Below, piece after piece: positions 52,900 to 64,000 of a stretch of 64,000 nt of DNA. This DNA comes from Selaginella moellendorffii (Eukaryota; Plantae; Lycopodiophyta), in the NCBI RefSeq assembly GCF_000143415.4, contig NW_003314354.1, forward strand, positions 590,705-654,704, in the 5' to 3' direction. Positions within the stretch are counted from its first letter, which is position 1. Every line of letters begins with the position of its first letter. The notes beneath the pieces were generated by a model. It was given only the letters and a program-made list of their open reading frames with translations, searched no databases and was not told where the DNA came from. Position numbers and translations under genes: made by a program.

Positions 52900-55657
52900 A
52901 TAGCCAAAGCTGCAGAGCATGCAGTTGGAGTGTGGTGACCCAAATAATGATGGAGGTGTGGAAGCACCAAACAATGAGTTGTAGGACTTGACAACTATGA
53001 GGCAACTAAGCAAGAGGTGCAGAATAACTGGTTAAACGGGTAGAAGGTAGCTACCCAAGACTTCTTAATAGCATAGGGAAGTTGGATATACCCTTACGGG
53101 GGATAAGTTGCTTGTGTTGCGATATAGTAAGTCAATGTCATAAAAGGACTCATTGTCAAGAAAGCCATCATTGGGACACCCGAACACTCTAGAACACCAG
53201 AAGGTGGTGTTTGATGTCGCGAGGGCAATGGATAAGGCCTAAGGGACTAAGTCCCTAGCGAATGATGGATAGAAGGTGCTATCCAAATGTCCAAGGTTGC
53301 GGAGACAGGAGAAGACTGTCTACCCGAGTTGGACAAAGCCAAAAATAGAAATTTGGCAAGGCTAGTGATGGGCATGTAAAGGCCCATAAGCAACAATGTA
53401 ATCCCAATGTGTGGGGTTACAAGATGAGCATACCCGGATTGAGGAACCACTCCCTGGGCTATTGGGTTGGTTCATCCCTAGGAATACTTGCTAAGGCATG
53501 ATAGAAAGTGCAAAGCTATCCTCCTGGTCTGGAGGAGAATGACCGAAGGAAAGGTGCGAAGCCAAAAGCAAAAAGTAAGGGGATAGAACCGAACCATAGG
53601 AATCGAAGGGCATAACCAAGGTTTGTTATGCCAGTTGGGAGTGGAGAATCAAGTGGGGGCTCGAGGGTGTTGCCGCTAGCAACCGTGATGCCATGGAGAG
53701 TCTAAAATATGGAATTGTCCATGTTAGACTATATGGCATTTGGAAGGCTTGCAAAAAAGGAGGCCTTAGCAAGCTGAGGGACAGAGTTCCTTCAAGGTTC
53801 CCAAAGACGATTCTAGGTAGCGTAGTACCTAGAAAGGCCAAGTGTAAATGAATCATGGAACGCGCGAAATCAGAGTGGCGCAGCAGAAGCGTGGTCTTGA
53901 AGCTTGCCATGAGGCAAGGTTTTCAAGGTTAGGGAAGTAGTTCTTGAGTGTTCAAAGAGAGGGCTTTGAACGAAAGTCGATGGTCAAGGACTTTCACGCT
54001 TATGCAGGAACCATGTTACAATGGTCAGAGGACTTGCCAAGTGAGATTGGCACGTCGGGGGAACAAAGACCCTAGTTGAAGGTGATAACTTCAAAAAGGG
54101 TGGGCCATGGGGCCGAGCATGGAGGAGTCCATGCATGATCACAGACATGTCAAGTGAGAGGACTTGGCAGTGTGGAGGAACTAGGTTCCTAAGCTGTGAT
54201 CTGTAGCGCGCTTTAAAAATAAGTTGGTGCACCGGCGTGGGGAGTCACGCCAGGCATCTTGTGTGATGCCGTCCGTAGATGCATATACGGAGGTTGGGTT
54301 CGAGTCCCGACCCTCTAGTGCTTGGGTTCGAGTCCCAAATCACTAGGGCGTGGTGATGGTTTGGAATATGAGGACACTCATATTTCGGTGGTCATGGACT
54401 CTCAGTGGGGAGACTGGTTTGGGCACACCGCCAAGCGAGGGATGCCTCGGAGTCGTGATGCACGGTTAGATTGCTTAGTGTGAAAGCTCAGCATATCTAA
54501 CTTGAACGCTTTGGTGCAAGTGGCACCAAGGTCGTGGTAAGTGAGATGGGAACACCTAATCTCAGTTGCTATGAACCCTTGGCCGTAAGGGCTGGCTTGG
54601 GTGCACCGCCAAGTGTGGGGGATGCCCCCGGGGTTATAGTCAACAACTTGGAGGTCTAGAAGACCAAGTACCTTTTGGCAACTCTGTTAAGGTGCCAAGG
54701 TGAGATCACTAGGTGATTTTATGGCTAGATAAGGACAAGGTCCTTGGTTGGCTAAGGAATGAAGTTCTTGGTTCAAAATGTTGAAATTGAACTGTTTAAG
54801 GTGGTGTGGCTTGGTCGTGATGACCAAGTGGGAAGAGCACCTAAGGGAAATAAACTATGTCCGTGCGATGGCATAGTGAGTCCGAGGAAAGTAGTCTCTA
54901 TAAAAGACCCATGGGAGGGTCACGAAGTTGGGCCGTGGATAGAGCCCATAGCAGAAGATGCTAAAGAGACGTACTAGGGGTGAACATCCTCCGGACTTGG
55001 CAAAGAAGAGTCTTTGCTATGGAACCGAAACAATACCTCAAGGAGGGAGGTAGAGATTCGATGTTGCTTGGTGCAACAATCAACGGATAGGAGCAAAAGA
55101 TGAGTGGCCAAGATAGGGCCGTGGAATCCCTTGGAAGGAATCCAAGTGACAAAGTTAGGCGAGGAACACTAATGTGTTGGACGCTAACAAATTCCGGAAA
55201 AGGAAGTGTGTTTCCAAGGATGAATTCCGAAATGCTCCGATTTGGCGAAAGTGGAAACTCCAAGGGAGGGAGCGGTAAGGTAGCCGAATGATAGGGCCAT
55301 GAACAGCCCTAGCACAAAGTATGATAACTGGAACTTTGGCACGAAATAGAAGAGAGGATGATGGTGCCCTCGAGTAGAGAACTTCCTAGGATGGGAAGTG
55401 GAGTTGCACAAAAGGTGCAAGGCAAGGTGTCGGAGACACCTAGGAAATTGACTCCAAGAAGTCAAAATTCAAAGTTCCAAAGTGCAAAGGTTATATCGAT
55501 GGAAATTGAGACTACTCGAAAAAGAGTAGTGGGATTGACTTAGAGAAGGGTCTTTAAGAGGTTTAGCGAGAACTAAACCAATAAAAGGAGAGAACCACTA
55601 TATGTGGTCCAATCAGTCTCTAAGTTGGAGAGACTACCCTCCTTAGAGGATATGCAA

Positions 55658-55746
55658 AAGGCATGGTGAGCCTTCAATGTTCAACCATTGACGAATATGG
55701 AGAAGGCATGGTGAGCCTTCAACGTCACACCATTGACAAATATTGG
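55658..55746. repeat. Tandem ~45-bp direct repeat upstream of the PPT
   Basis: AAGGCATGGTGAGCCTTCAA...CCATTGAC.AATAT, two copies. Confidence 0.8.
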
Positions 55747-55847
55747 CTACGCGCCAAGGATGGAAATGGTAACACATGCGGGTGTTACTTTATAAAATGA
55801 TTCACCGTTCGATGAGGACATCGAACTTCGTCTATGGGTGGTGGAGT

Positions 55848-56591
55848 TGTGAGACACAAAATCCCTAGGCCCCAAAGTGGAGCTGGAAGGGCGCCACATG
55901 GTAGTGGCCAAAGCGAGAGCCAAACGAGCGTAACACGTTTGGACCAAAAGCTCCGACTTGAAAAGTCAAGAGCGGGAGTGGAACTCCCAACGAAGTGCTC
56001 GAGGAACGAGCACAAAGCGGGCAAAAGGCGAGGCTCCAAAAAGGGACCCAAAAGGACCAACACATGACACATGGGAGTGTCCGAGATGGACTCGAGTTTG
56101 AGTCCGAAGTGGAGTCCGAGATGGACCAGAGTTGGAGTCCGAAGTGGAGTCCGAGATGGACCCGAGTTGGAGTCCGAAGTGGAGTCCGAGATGGACCCGA
56201 GTTGGAGTCCGAAGTGGAGTCCGAGATGGACCCGAGATGGAGTCCGAGATGGAGTCCGAAGTGGAGTCCGAGGTGGACCCGAGATGGACCCAAGTTGGAG
56301 TCCGAAGTGGAGTCCGAGATGGACCCGAGATGGAGTCCGAGATGGAGTCCGAAGTGGAGTCCGAGGTGGACCCGAGATGGACCCAAGTTGGAGTCCGAAG
56401 TGGAGTCCGAGATGGACCCGAGATGGAGTCCGAGATGGAGTCTGAGATGGAGTCTGAGGTGGACCCGAGATGGACCCGAAATGGAGTCCGAGATGGAGTC
56501 CGAGATGGACCCGAGATGGACCCGAGATGGAGTCCGAGATGGAGTCCAAGATGGAGTCCGAGATCGAGTCTGAAGTCGAGACCGAGACCGG

Positions 56592-56647
<56 letters not shown>

Positions 56648-57738
56648 TCGGGACCGAGGCCGAGGCCGAGGCCGAGACCAAGCCCGAGCCCGAGTCCGAG
56701 TCCGAGTCCGAGTCCGAGTCCGAGTCCGAGTCCGGAGCCTGAGAGGGTGAAAGCCCAAAGCGTTCGTCTCCCAGACCCTGGGGGGTTTGGTGAGCTCCAA
56801 AAGTATAGTAGGGGGAGGACTGCAGTGGAGCCAGTTTGGCCAGGAAAGGCCAGTTTGGCCCAGGAAGGCCGGACCCAGTGTTGGGTGATGAGCTGCCCAC
56901 TGGGAAGTCCAAGACTAGAGTGAACACAGACCGACAAGCGGGGTAGCTTGGTGAAGTGTTCAAGAGCCGGCTCTAATTCCCCCGGGAAATTGACTGGCCG
57001 ATGCTCCCAGTCCAAGTGTGGGTGGCACTACCTACTTGGATACCTGTTGTGGCTCAATGGAACCTCGCTCTAAGCCCATGGCTAGAGCACCTAAAGACGA
57101 AAGGCGGGGAGAGTACCCATGAGGCTTGCATAAGGCCACGGTGTTCCGAAATGGTGTCCCAAAGTCCCAGACTGTGGAAAGGAAGAGGGATAGCCCTCCG
57201 GTGTGGTGACCAAGGACACAGTCACACAGTGAGGAAGTCCTAGAGGATGGTGGGACTTAGTGGTCGGGCCGGTGGGCCTCGATCCAGTGGCAGTGTTGGC
57301 GAACACAGCCAAGGACAGAAAGGGACCTGGTGGGGACCGGAACGGAGATATTGGGGAAGGCTATTCCCCATGTCTGTAGGCATCCTAAGGATGTTAAGGA
57401 GTGGATCTGGGATGACCACTCATGGATGGATGACCCAGACTTTGAGAGACGGGATTGGAATGTAGGTGGTGTTGGACCACCAGTGTGACCAAGGTAAATG
57501 GGCATGGCCTTAGCGTAACGGGCCGATATGTCGGTGGTACCTTCGGGTGTCGATCATGGGATCGGACACGTGGAGCACTTGGACCAAGTGCAAATGTTGA
57601 GTGGCATGGATGCCATTCTCGGGGCTAGCAAGTCCCAAGTCCTGGATTGGACTGATGGAGGTTGTGAATGAGACTCCTCCAAGTGGTCGGAGGTATGGTT
57701 AAGTGACTAAAGTAGAATGGAAAATTTAGTCGCTTACA
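55848..57738 (+). repeat. 3' LTR (1891 bp)
   Basis: Near-identical to the 5' LTR; 48 bp shorter within the tandem array. Confidence 0.95.
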
Positions 57739-58070
57739 TCATCATTACAAGATCTTTGGAGAGCAAATTCTACAAAAGCTAAAATTTATATGGTTGAAAA
57801 TACCCCTTATAGCAGATTTGTAGTTGGATTGGCAATAGTATAATAGGTTTTGCAGCTGAAAAAAATTAATAAAATGCAAAAACTAGTTAATGCAATATAA
57901 ATGTAAATTATTTTTATACTCATGGTTTATGTTGTTAGAACTTTTATTATTTTGTAGTATAATTAATTCAAGAACATTCTGGAGAAAATGGTTTACAATG
58001 TATTCAGGCATTGCTTGAGGTTAAGCAAGTTAATTTCACTGACTACAACATAAAGCTTTAAGTATTGGAA

Positions 58071-58398
58071 TGTAAGTTCTTAAATTCAGACTTCCTAAGA
58101 GGTCATCTAGCCCAATATTCTTCAAATCAAACAAATTGAAGAACATTGTAGTGCATATGATCATGGGATGAGATTTGAATATACTGTCACCGTGGATCCT
58201 TGGAACCTTAGGGGATAAATGAGGATAAAATAGCTATTAAGGGCTCTCTCATCAAGCAATTGCCTCTTTTCCAATTGGTTTAAGGGGACAGAGATAAAGT
58301 GCGCTACAAACATTTAGCTCTAACTATCCTAAGACTTTTTCTTTCTATATCTGAACCCTTATATACTGTCTTTTAAGTCATTTCTTTGGTTGCTTACA
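58071..58398 (-). mobile_element. Degenerate, interrupted Cassandra-like LTR
   Basis: Both termini match the 41271 copy (TGTAAG...GACTTCC..GAGGTCA at the left end; CTTTGGTTGCTTACA at the right end). The middle is replaced by about 190 bp of other sequence. Confidence 0.6.
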
Positions 58399-60178
58399 TG
58401 TTTATATAGATTTGATTTAGATCCATTTAAATTAAAAAAGAGGTCACTCAATAAACAAGCTATGTGTGTATACACTATTTTGAAATTGTACTACATTTGT
58501 ATGTAAATAGAGATATTAAAAATTAATGTGACAAAATAACTCTTAATAGTACACTTTATATTGGAGGAGTTTTGTATCATGAATAAAGACTAGTTTTCAG
58601 TTTTGTATTTTATTGTGCTTATAATAACAATAAGATTTTAGATTTAAGAGACCTAATCAGATTACAATCTTTAAATATATTAAATATTTAAAATTTTATA
58701 AGCATTTAATCTGAGATATTATTAATTAGATTAAAATTAAAATTAAAGTAATAATAGATTAAAATATTTTATTTATTATTAATAATATTTAAATATATTT
58801 AGAATTTAATTTAATAGTTAATATATTAGTAATAAATAGCTAATAAATATTAATACTTAAATATTCAATTTTTAACTGCTAATCTATAGAAGCAAAAAAT
58901 AGTATCAAAATCATATAGTAATTTTATATATAAAATCCTTATATATTCTCCTCATATATCTTGTCATTCACAGTGTTTGGCTTAGTACTTCAATTGGATT
59001 GTTTACTAAAAATATGAGTTTATGATACACATCACATTAGATATGGTAAGTAAAATGGGGCAAAAAACAAAAAAATTGTTGTGTTTTACTGCTGCTATGA
59101 ACATATATGTACATGTGATGGTCATGGATCTTTCAAAGCACTCAGCTTCTTTCTCCCACTAAATATCAGATTTCCATATTGAATGACTGTTTTGCAGTAA
59201 TAGTTGCTCAAAACTCTCAACAACAAACTCAATTTTAAATGCTCTTTGAAAAATGGATCTAACATGATCCTAGAAGCTAAATGTGTTAGATTTCATATAA
59301 GTATTCATAAGCACAATAAAATTACTGATTAAAACAAAATTATTTTACAGAAGAAATAGCTACAACTATTAAGTCCTCTATTTTAAGTTAGAATATATCA
59401 TATTTTCATTGATGCTATTTTCTCTATACTGTGCTTTATAATTTTTTAAAAAACAAATTTAAGTATTTTTAAAATTATTTGTTTAAAATAAATTTTCTTT
59501 AAGTACGGAGTGTATTTTTCAATTTTTAATTTTTTAGATTATTTTTGTATATTTTAATTCGAATTGTTTTTATTTATTATCTATATTTATAAATTTTAAA
59601 CAGTACTAATTAACAGTAACAGTACTAATTCAAAGTAACAGTACTAATTAAAAGTTAACATATAATATTATATATCATTAACATTATTTCTATGTCTACA
59701 TTTTATTTATTTTTATTTAAATTTCCAGCATTATAAAATTGTTATTGAGGCTAAAATATTTCAATGAAAGGTAAGGTTTTACTCTGATATTGGGTTATTA
59801 ATCTCTTTTTTTTCTAAAACCATAACATATCAGAAAATTTAAGAATGGTCTATAAATTGATTTAATAATAATAAAACTTTAAGTGATGATGAATCACATT
59901 TTTTTAGATGGTATCCTTTTGTATTATGTCTAATGTTGTCTCAATCATATTTAGAACTTCATGTCATTATATTTATTTATATGTTTTTCATGTATCAATG
60001 CACAAATTATTAGTCTTAAAAACAGTATTATAACTTTACAATATTGCACAAATCTTAGACTATATCTGAGCTAACTGATAACTCAATGTGATTAGATTCA
60101 TTGATGAATGTGTAATAAGTATCATAATATTATTTAATAAAATGAAACTAATTTACTAGTTAAAATAGCTGGAGCTAT

Positions 60179-60278
60179 NNNNNNNNNNNNNNNNNNNNNN
60201 NNNNNNNNNNNNNNNNNNNNNNNNNNNNNNNNNNNNNNNNNNNNNNNNNNNNNNNNNNNNNNNNNNNNNNNNNNNNNN
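60179..60278. other. Assembly gap (100 N)
   Basis: Run of exactly 100 N, a conventional placeholder of unknown true size. Confidence 0.99.
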
Positions 60279-63084
60279 AATATATCATGTTCCATAGTCA
60301 GTACTTATTTAACTTTAGTGTTATAGTATATTTTTTATTGTGTCTACTATCATCTTTGTACATCAAATTTATATTTAATTTTAATAATGTAGTGTTAATA
60401 ATGAGAATGATGATGCTTAGATTCCAGATCCACTGGAAAATATAGATTAAAATAAATATTAAAAATTTCAAAATAAATTTTAATTATTTTAAACACAATT
60501 TTTAGTGATTCCTTTAGATATTACAATAATTGTTGAAATGAATAGTTTTAAATAGTTTATGGAATAGTTGTAAAACTTTATATGAGTAATGGAGAGAGTA
60601 GGTTTTTGAATAATGTTTAGTGCTAATAAGTTTAAAGCATATTAAGAGCATAAAAATAAGTCTAAAATTTTTTTAAAATCTTTTATAAGAAATAAGAAAC
60701 AAAATATACCAATAATTATTAAACAAAATTTACTCTTTTATATTTCTCATTTGCAGAGATTGTATTGAGTCTATGCATGAAATGGAAGCCCACTTTCATT
60801 CAAGCATAAAGCAATTTTTAGTTATAGTGTAAACTTTGTGTGTATTTAGAGAAATAAGTGCTCCACCAAGGAGAAGAAAAATGACTCAATTTACATGTTA
60901 ATAATATTTTTTTTGGAAAGAGTACCATTATTTTTGTTTACCCATTATCAAAAAACTTAAAGTAGGTTCTGATTTACTGGAATGTGGTTTAGCTTTCAAA
61001 ATTTCTAGAGACAGGCACTTATCCATTACATTTTATAAAAGGGCTTTAGGAAACATTGAGTAAAAGTGAAGTCATTGCTCTTGACATGGTAATGGTTTGA
61101 AGTTTCTTTCTGTAGCCTCCTACAAGAAACTCTCAGCTTGTCTGGATTTGATGCTTATGTTAGCACTCAGGCTCTTAATGTTCCTAGAGCATTCTCATGC
61201 AACTAAATTCAACAGGTGGTAAAGATCATTTGGAGAAATGATTGTATACCTTTAAGTCAGTGATAGACCTTGCTATGATAATAATCCGTGTCGTCATTGA
61301 AGTGTTTGGTCCTGAGTCCTGGCTAAGAACTGTACTCTTGGTTGAATCTAGTGCCACAGTCAATGCTCTGATCCCTTACACAGCATTTCTTACACAGCCT
61401 TGATTGTGTCTGTAGGAAAATCTGGGATTCCAGACCAATTTGTCTCTACAGAAAAACAACCTTGCTTCTAGAAAAAAATAAAACCAACCAGCAGTTGATG
61501 CTTCAGTTTGGTTCTTCCAGGCATTTTTGAGGGAAATAATAGTTCATAGCTTATTGTGTAGAGACAGGAAATCAAAATCAATAATTGATGTTATTATTTG
61601 TCTGTTTTGTAATATAAACACCAGCAAAATGACTGTCAGACTTGAGTGTAAGAAACTTGCCTGGTTGGCTCTTTTATGCTCATTTGTGTGAGTCTCAAAG
61701 AGAGAGAGAAGTGAGTTTATAGGTCGCTGCAATTTTCTTCTGCCATGCCACATCCATAGAGAGACAAAAGTTATGTGGAGATGCAGCAGCTGGACAAAAT
61801 GAAAGGTACCTCTAAGACCAAAGTGGAGGGCATTTTTGGATAGACAAGAAACAGATGTGCCACCTCCAATGCCAGAGCTGCAAACCTAATCATCTTGGTC
61901 CATCAACTTTGAGGCATGACTGATTTGCCTGAGCAATGTAGGAAAGACATTGGAAAGGGCTTGTTAGCCAGGAGACTTTAGCATATATAGAATGATGGGT
62001 GGCTGATAATGTGGTCGGCAATAGGTTCAATGTACTTAGTTTAGACCTCCAAAACACTCTTGCAAGTTAAGCAAGAACCCAAGTTTGTCGTACGAAGATT
62101 GTGCCAAGGACTGAGCAGCAAAGATGTGGTCAGCTTCTCAATGAATTCCACAAGACAATGTGGGAATCATCAAGCTTGTATAGGTCCATGCTGTTTTTAC
62201 GTTGAAGATCCACTGAAACCCATGTTTGCTTGAGGTTCTTTCTCTTGTTGTCTCACATCTTGTACGAAATATTGTGATACAGTGCCTGGTCCAAGACACG
62301 CACTTAGCAAAGATGTGAGCTCCACTTTGTTGCACACAGGGGAGAAGATTTGGCGATGCTGGAGAAGAGATCAGATCAGTGCTTTATTCATTATACGCAT
62401 TTTTTTGCCCAGCTTTTCCTGCATTTTGAATCAAGTTGAGTGACTGATGAACTTGAAAAGCAGATGAAGATACCAAAAGGCACCTTACATAAAAGCCCAG
62501 CCTTCGCTCAGTCTTTTACTTGTCTGATTCACTCGGAGATCAGTAGCAGCCACCTAAGCTCCCCTTGCAAACCTTTTTAAATGAACCTGTACCCAAAGCC
62601 GAATAGTAATAAACCTAAAAATAAAGCATAAAAACTAATAATAAAAGCATTAAAATAACTTACCAAATCCATAGTTTCCCTGTCAGCACTCTAAGTTCAC
62701 AGCAGTGCTTTTGAGGAATTCATATGTATAAAATTTTTCAAAATTCTTTTCTGTAACTACAGGTATTTTCAATACACTGCCAAGACCATCAGCTTTGAAA
62801 GGAGAAAGGTAGTGTGGCTGATATGCTGCTATGGATGGTTTAGCAGACATTCTTATATGCAATCTTCCAGTATGGTAGCTAGGAGCAGCACGTTTGCAGG
62901 CAGGAGGGCCAGGATTTCCATGGATCAGCTGTGCTGCTGCCGCCCCCCACAGTGGCCTTTGCCGTGGAATCTCTCCAGCACGTGACAAGGGAGGAGGGAT
63001 TGGGGCTCTACAAGGATATGATCCCTAGGCAGATGTATTATAGGAGCAAGATGTTTGTATTTTTCTAGCAAACCTCAATCTTGT

Positions 63085-63830
63085 GTAAGATATTTTGTAA
63101 CTCATAATATATAAGATAACTATTATGAAAACTAAATGATGAAGATGCAAAATCCTTGTGAAAGAAAAACATAGAATAAGGAGAAGGAAAGCTCATAGAA
63201 ATACAAGATTAAAATACTAAAAAGACTGGTTTCTATGAACTTCTCAATAAAATTCATTTAGGGTAAATTGTAGTAGAACAGCTCCCAACTAAATATCCAG
63301 ATTGATAGAAATAATGGTGAAAATAATAAACCATGCTTCATTAAGATTATAATTAGGTGATATCATGCTAGTAAGCTATATATGGAAGGTATGATTTCAA
63401 AAGCCTTACTAAATTTTGAAATTTTCTACAAGATTGTCTCTAGCCAAAAGATTCAAAATCATATATTGCTAAACATCTAGAAAAGTTAAAAAAAAAATAG
63501 TAATAAACTATTCAATACTACTTATTATTCAGAAATTATATAAGGAGAACATGACTATAAACATACTTAGATTTAACACATTAATATGTTCATAATAATA
63601 TTATTCTAATTTTTATATGATACTTTATTTAATGTTACATAATAACTTATCAAGACTTAATAAAACATAAGATTATTTTCTTTTTTTATTTACATTGTTG
63701 TATCAAGATTATCATTTGTGAATAACATGTTATTATTGTATTTTATCCTTTCTACCTCTTCATTCTCTTGTATTATAAATTAGATTGTTTTAAATATTTA
63801 TAAAATTAGATCTAGCATATTACAATATTC
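63085..63830 (-). mobile_element. Second copy of the AT-eroded LINE-like repeat
   Basis: Colinear with 24850-25620, e.g. ATAATATATAAGATAACTA.TATGAAA, TTTTCTACAAGATTGTCTCT, TACTTA.TATTCAGAAATTAT. Confidence 0.6.
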
Positions 63831-64000
63831 ATGAATATATTTTATATATGTTTTTGACATTAAATTTTATAACAGTATCCAAACTATAAAAAATAAAAAG
63901 AAAACTATAAAAAAGAACACCTGTAGAAACATGGGAGTTTATATGGGACCTATAAAAAACAGAGATATAAGAGCCATCCTAAAAAGTATTTTCCTCCTAA

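Larger units (their letters stand above)
47959..57738 (+). mobile_element. Full-length non-autonomous LTR retrotransposon (9.78 kb)
   Basis: TG...CA LTRs at 47959-49897 and 55848-57738; TCATC TSD (47954-58 and 57739-43); PBS TGGTATCGGAGC at 49901-49912; PPT-like GGGTGGTGGAG before 55848; no recognisable gag/pol ORF inside. Confidence 0.93.

Noticed and set aside
54284-54345. tRNA gene
   Set aside because: T-loop/B-box-like motifs only; I could not fold an acceptor, D or anticodon arm.
47935-57015. Long 300-395 aa ORFs rich in SD, RT, LG, ES and PR dipeptides (adhesin/SR-protein-like)
   Set aside because: They are open in several frames on both strands because the LTR hexamer array lacks stops. 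Many start at TTG, they shift frame between LTR copies, and no domain is recognisable.
60179-64000. Spatial relationships across the N run
   Set aside because: The 100-N placeholder makes distance and adjacency to the left side uncertain.

Overview
Land-plant nuclear DNA with very small (~50-60 nt) GT-AG introns. Gene content points to a lineage with flagellated sperm, most likely the lycophyte Selaginella (inference). 1-22.7 kb is gene-dense: partial GDSL lipase (-), SPIKE1 DOCK-type GEF (-), GH35 beta-galactosidase (+), PrimPol (+), a decayed alpha-tubulin (-), a CEP44-like centriolar gene (-, conserved exons missed by the ORF track) and a CAPE adenylyl cyclase/phosphodiesterase (+). The CEP44-like and CAPE genes sit head-to-head about 200 bp apart, a candidate co-regulated sperm/flagellum gene pair. 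The CAPE protein has a 6TM voltage-sensor-like linker and an atypical PDE purine pocket. From 22.7 kb onward the window is an AT-rich transposon graveyard. It holds LINE relics, a CYP88/KAO-like pseudogene, a decayed Helitron with an intact 3' end, kelch/ACBP fragments and nested Ty3/Gypsy remnants. It also holds three 5S-rRNA-bearing Cassandra-like LTRs, a young 9.8-kb non-coding LTR element carrying a nested solo LTR, and a 100-N gap. All family assignments come from motif recognition by eye; no database searches were run.
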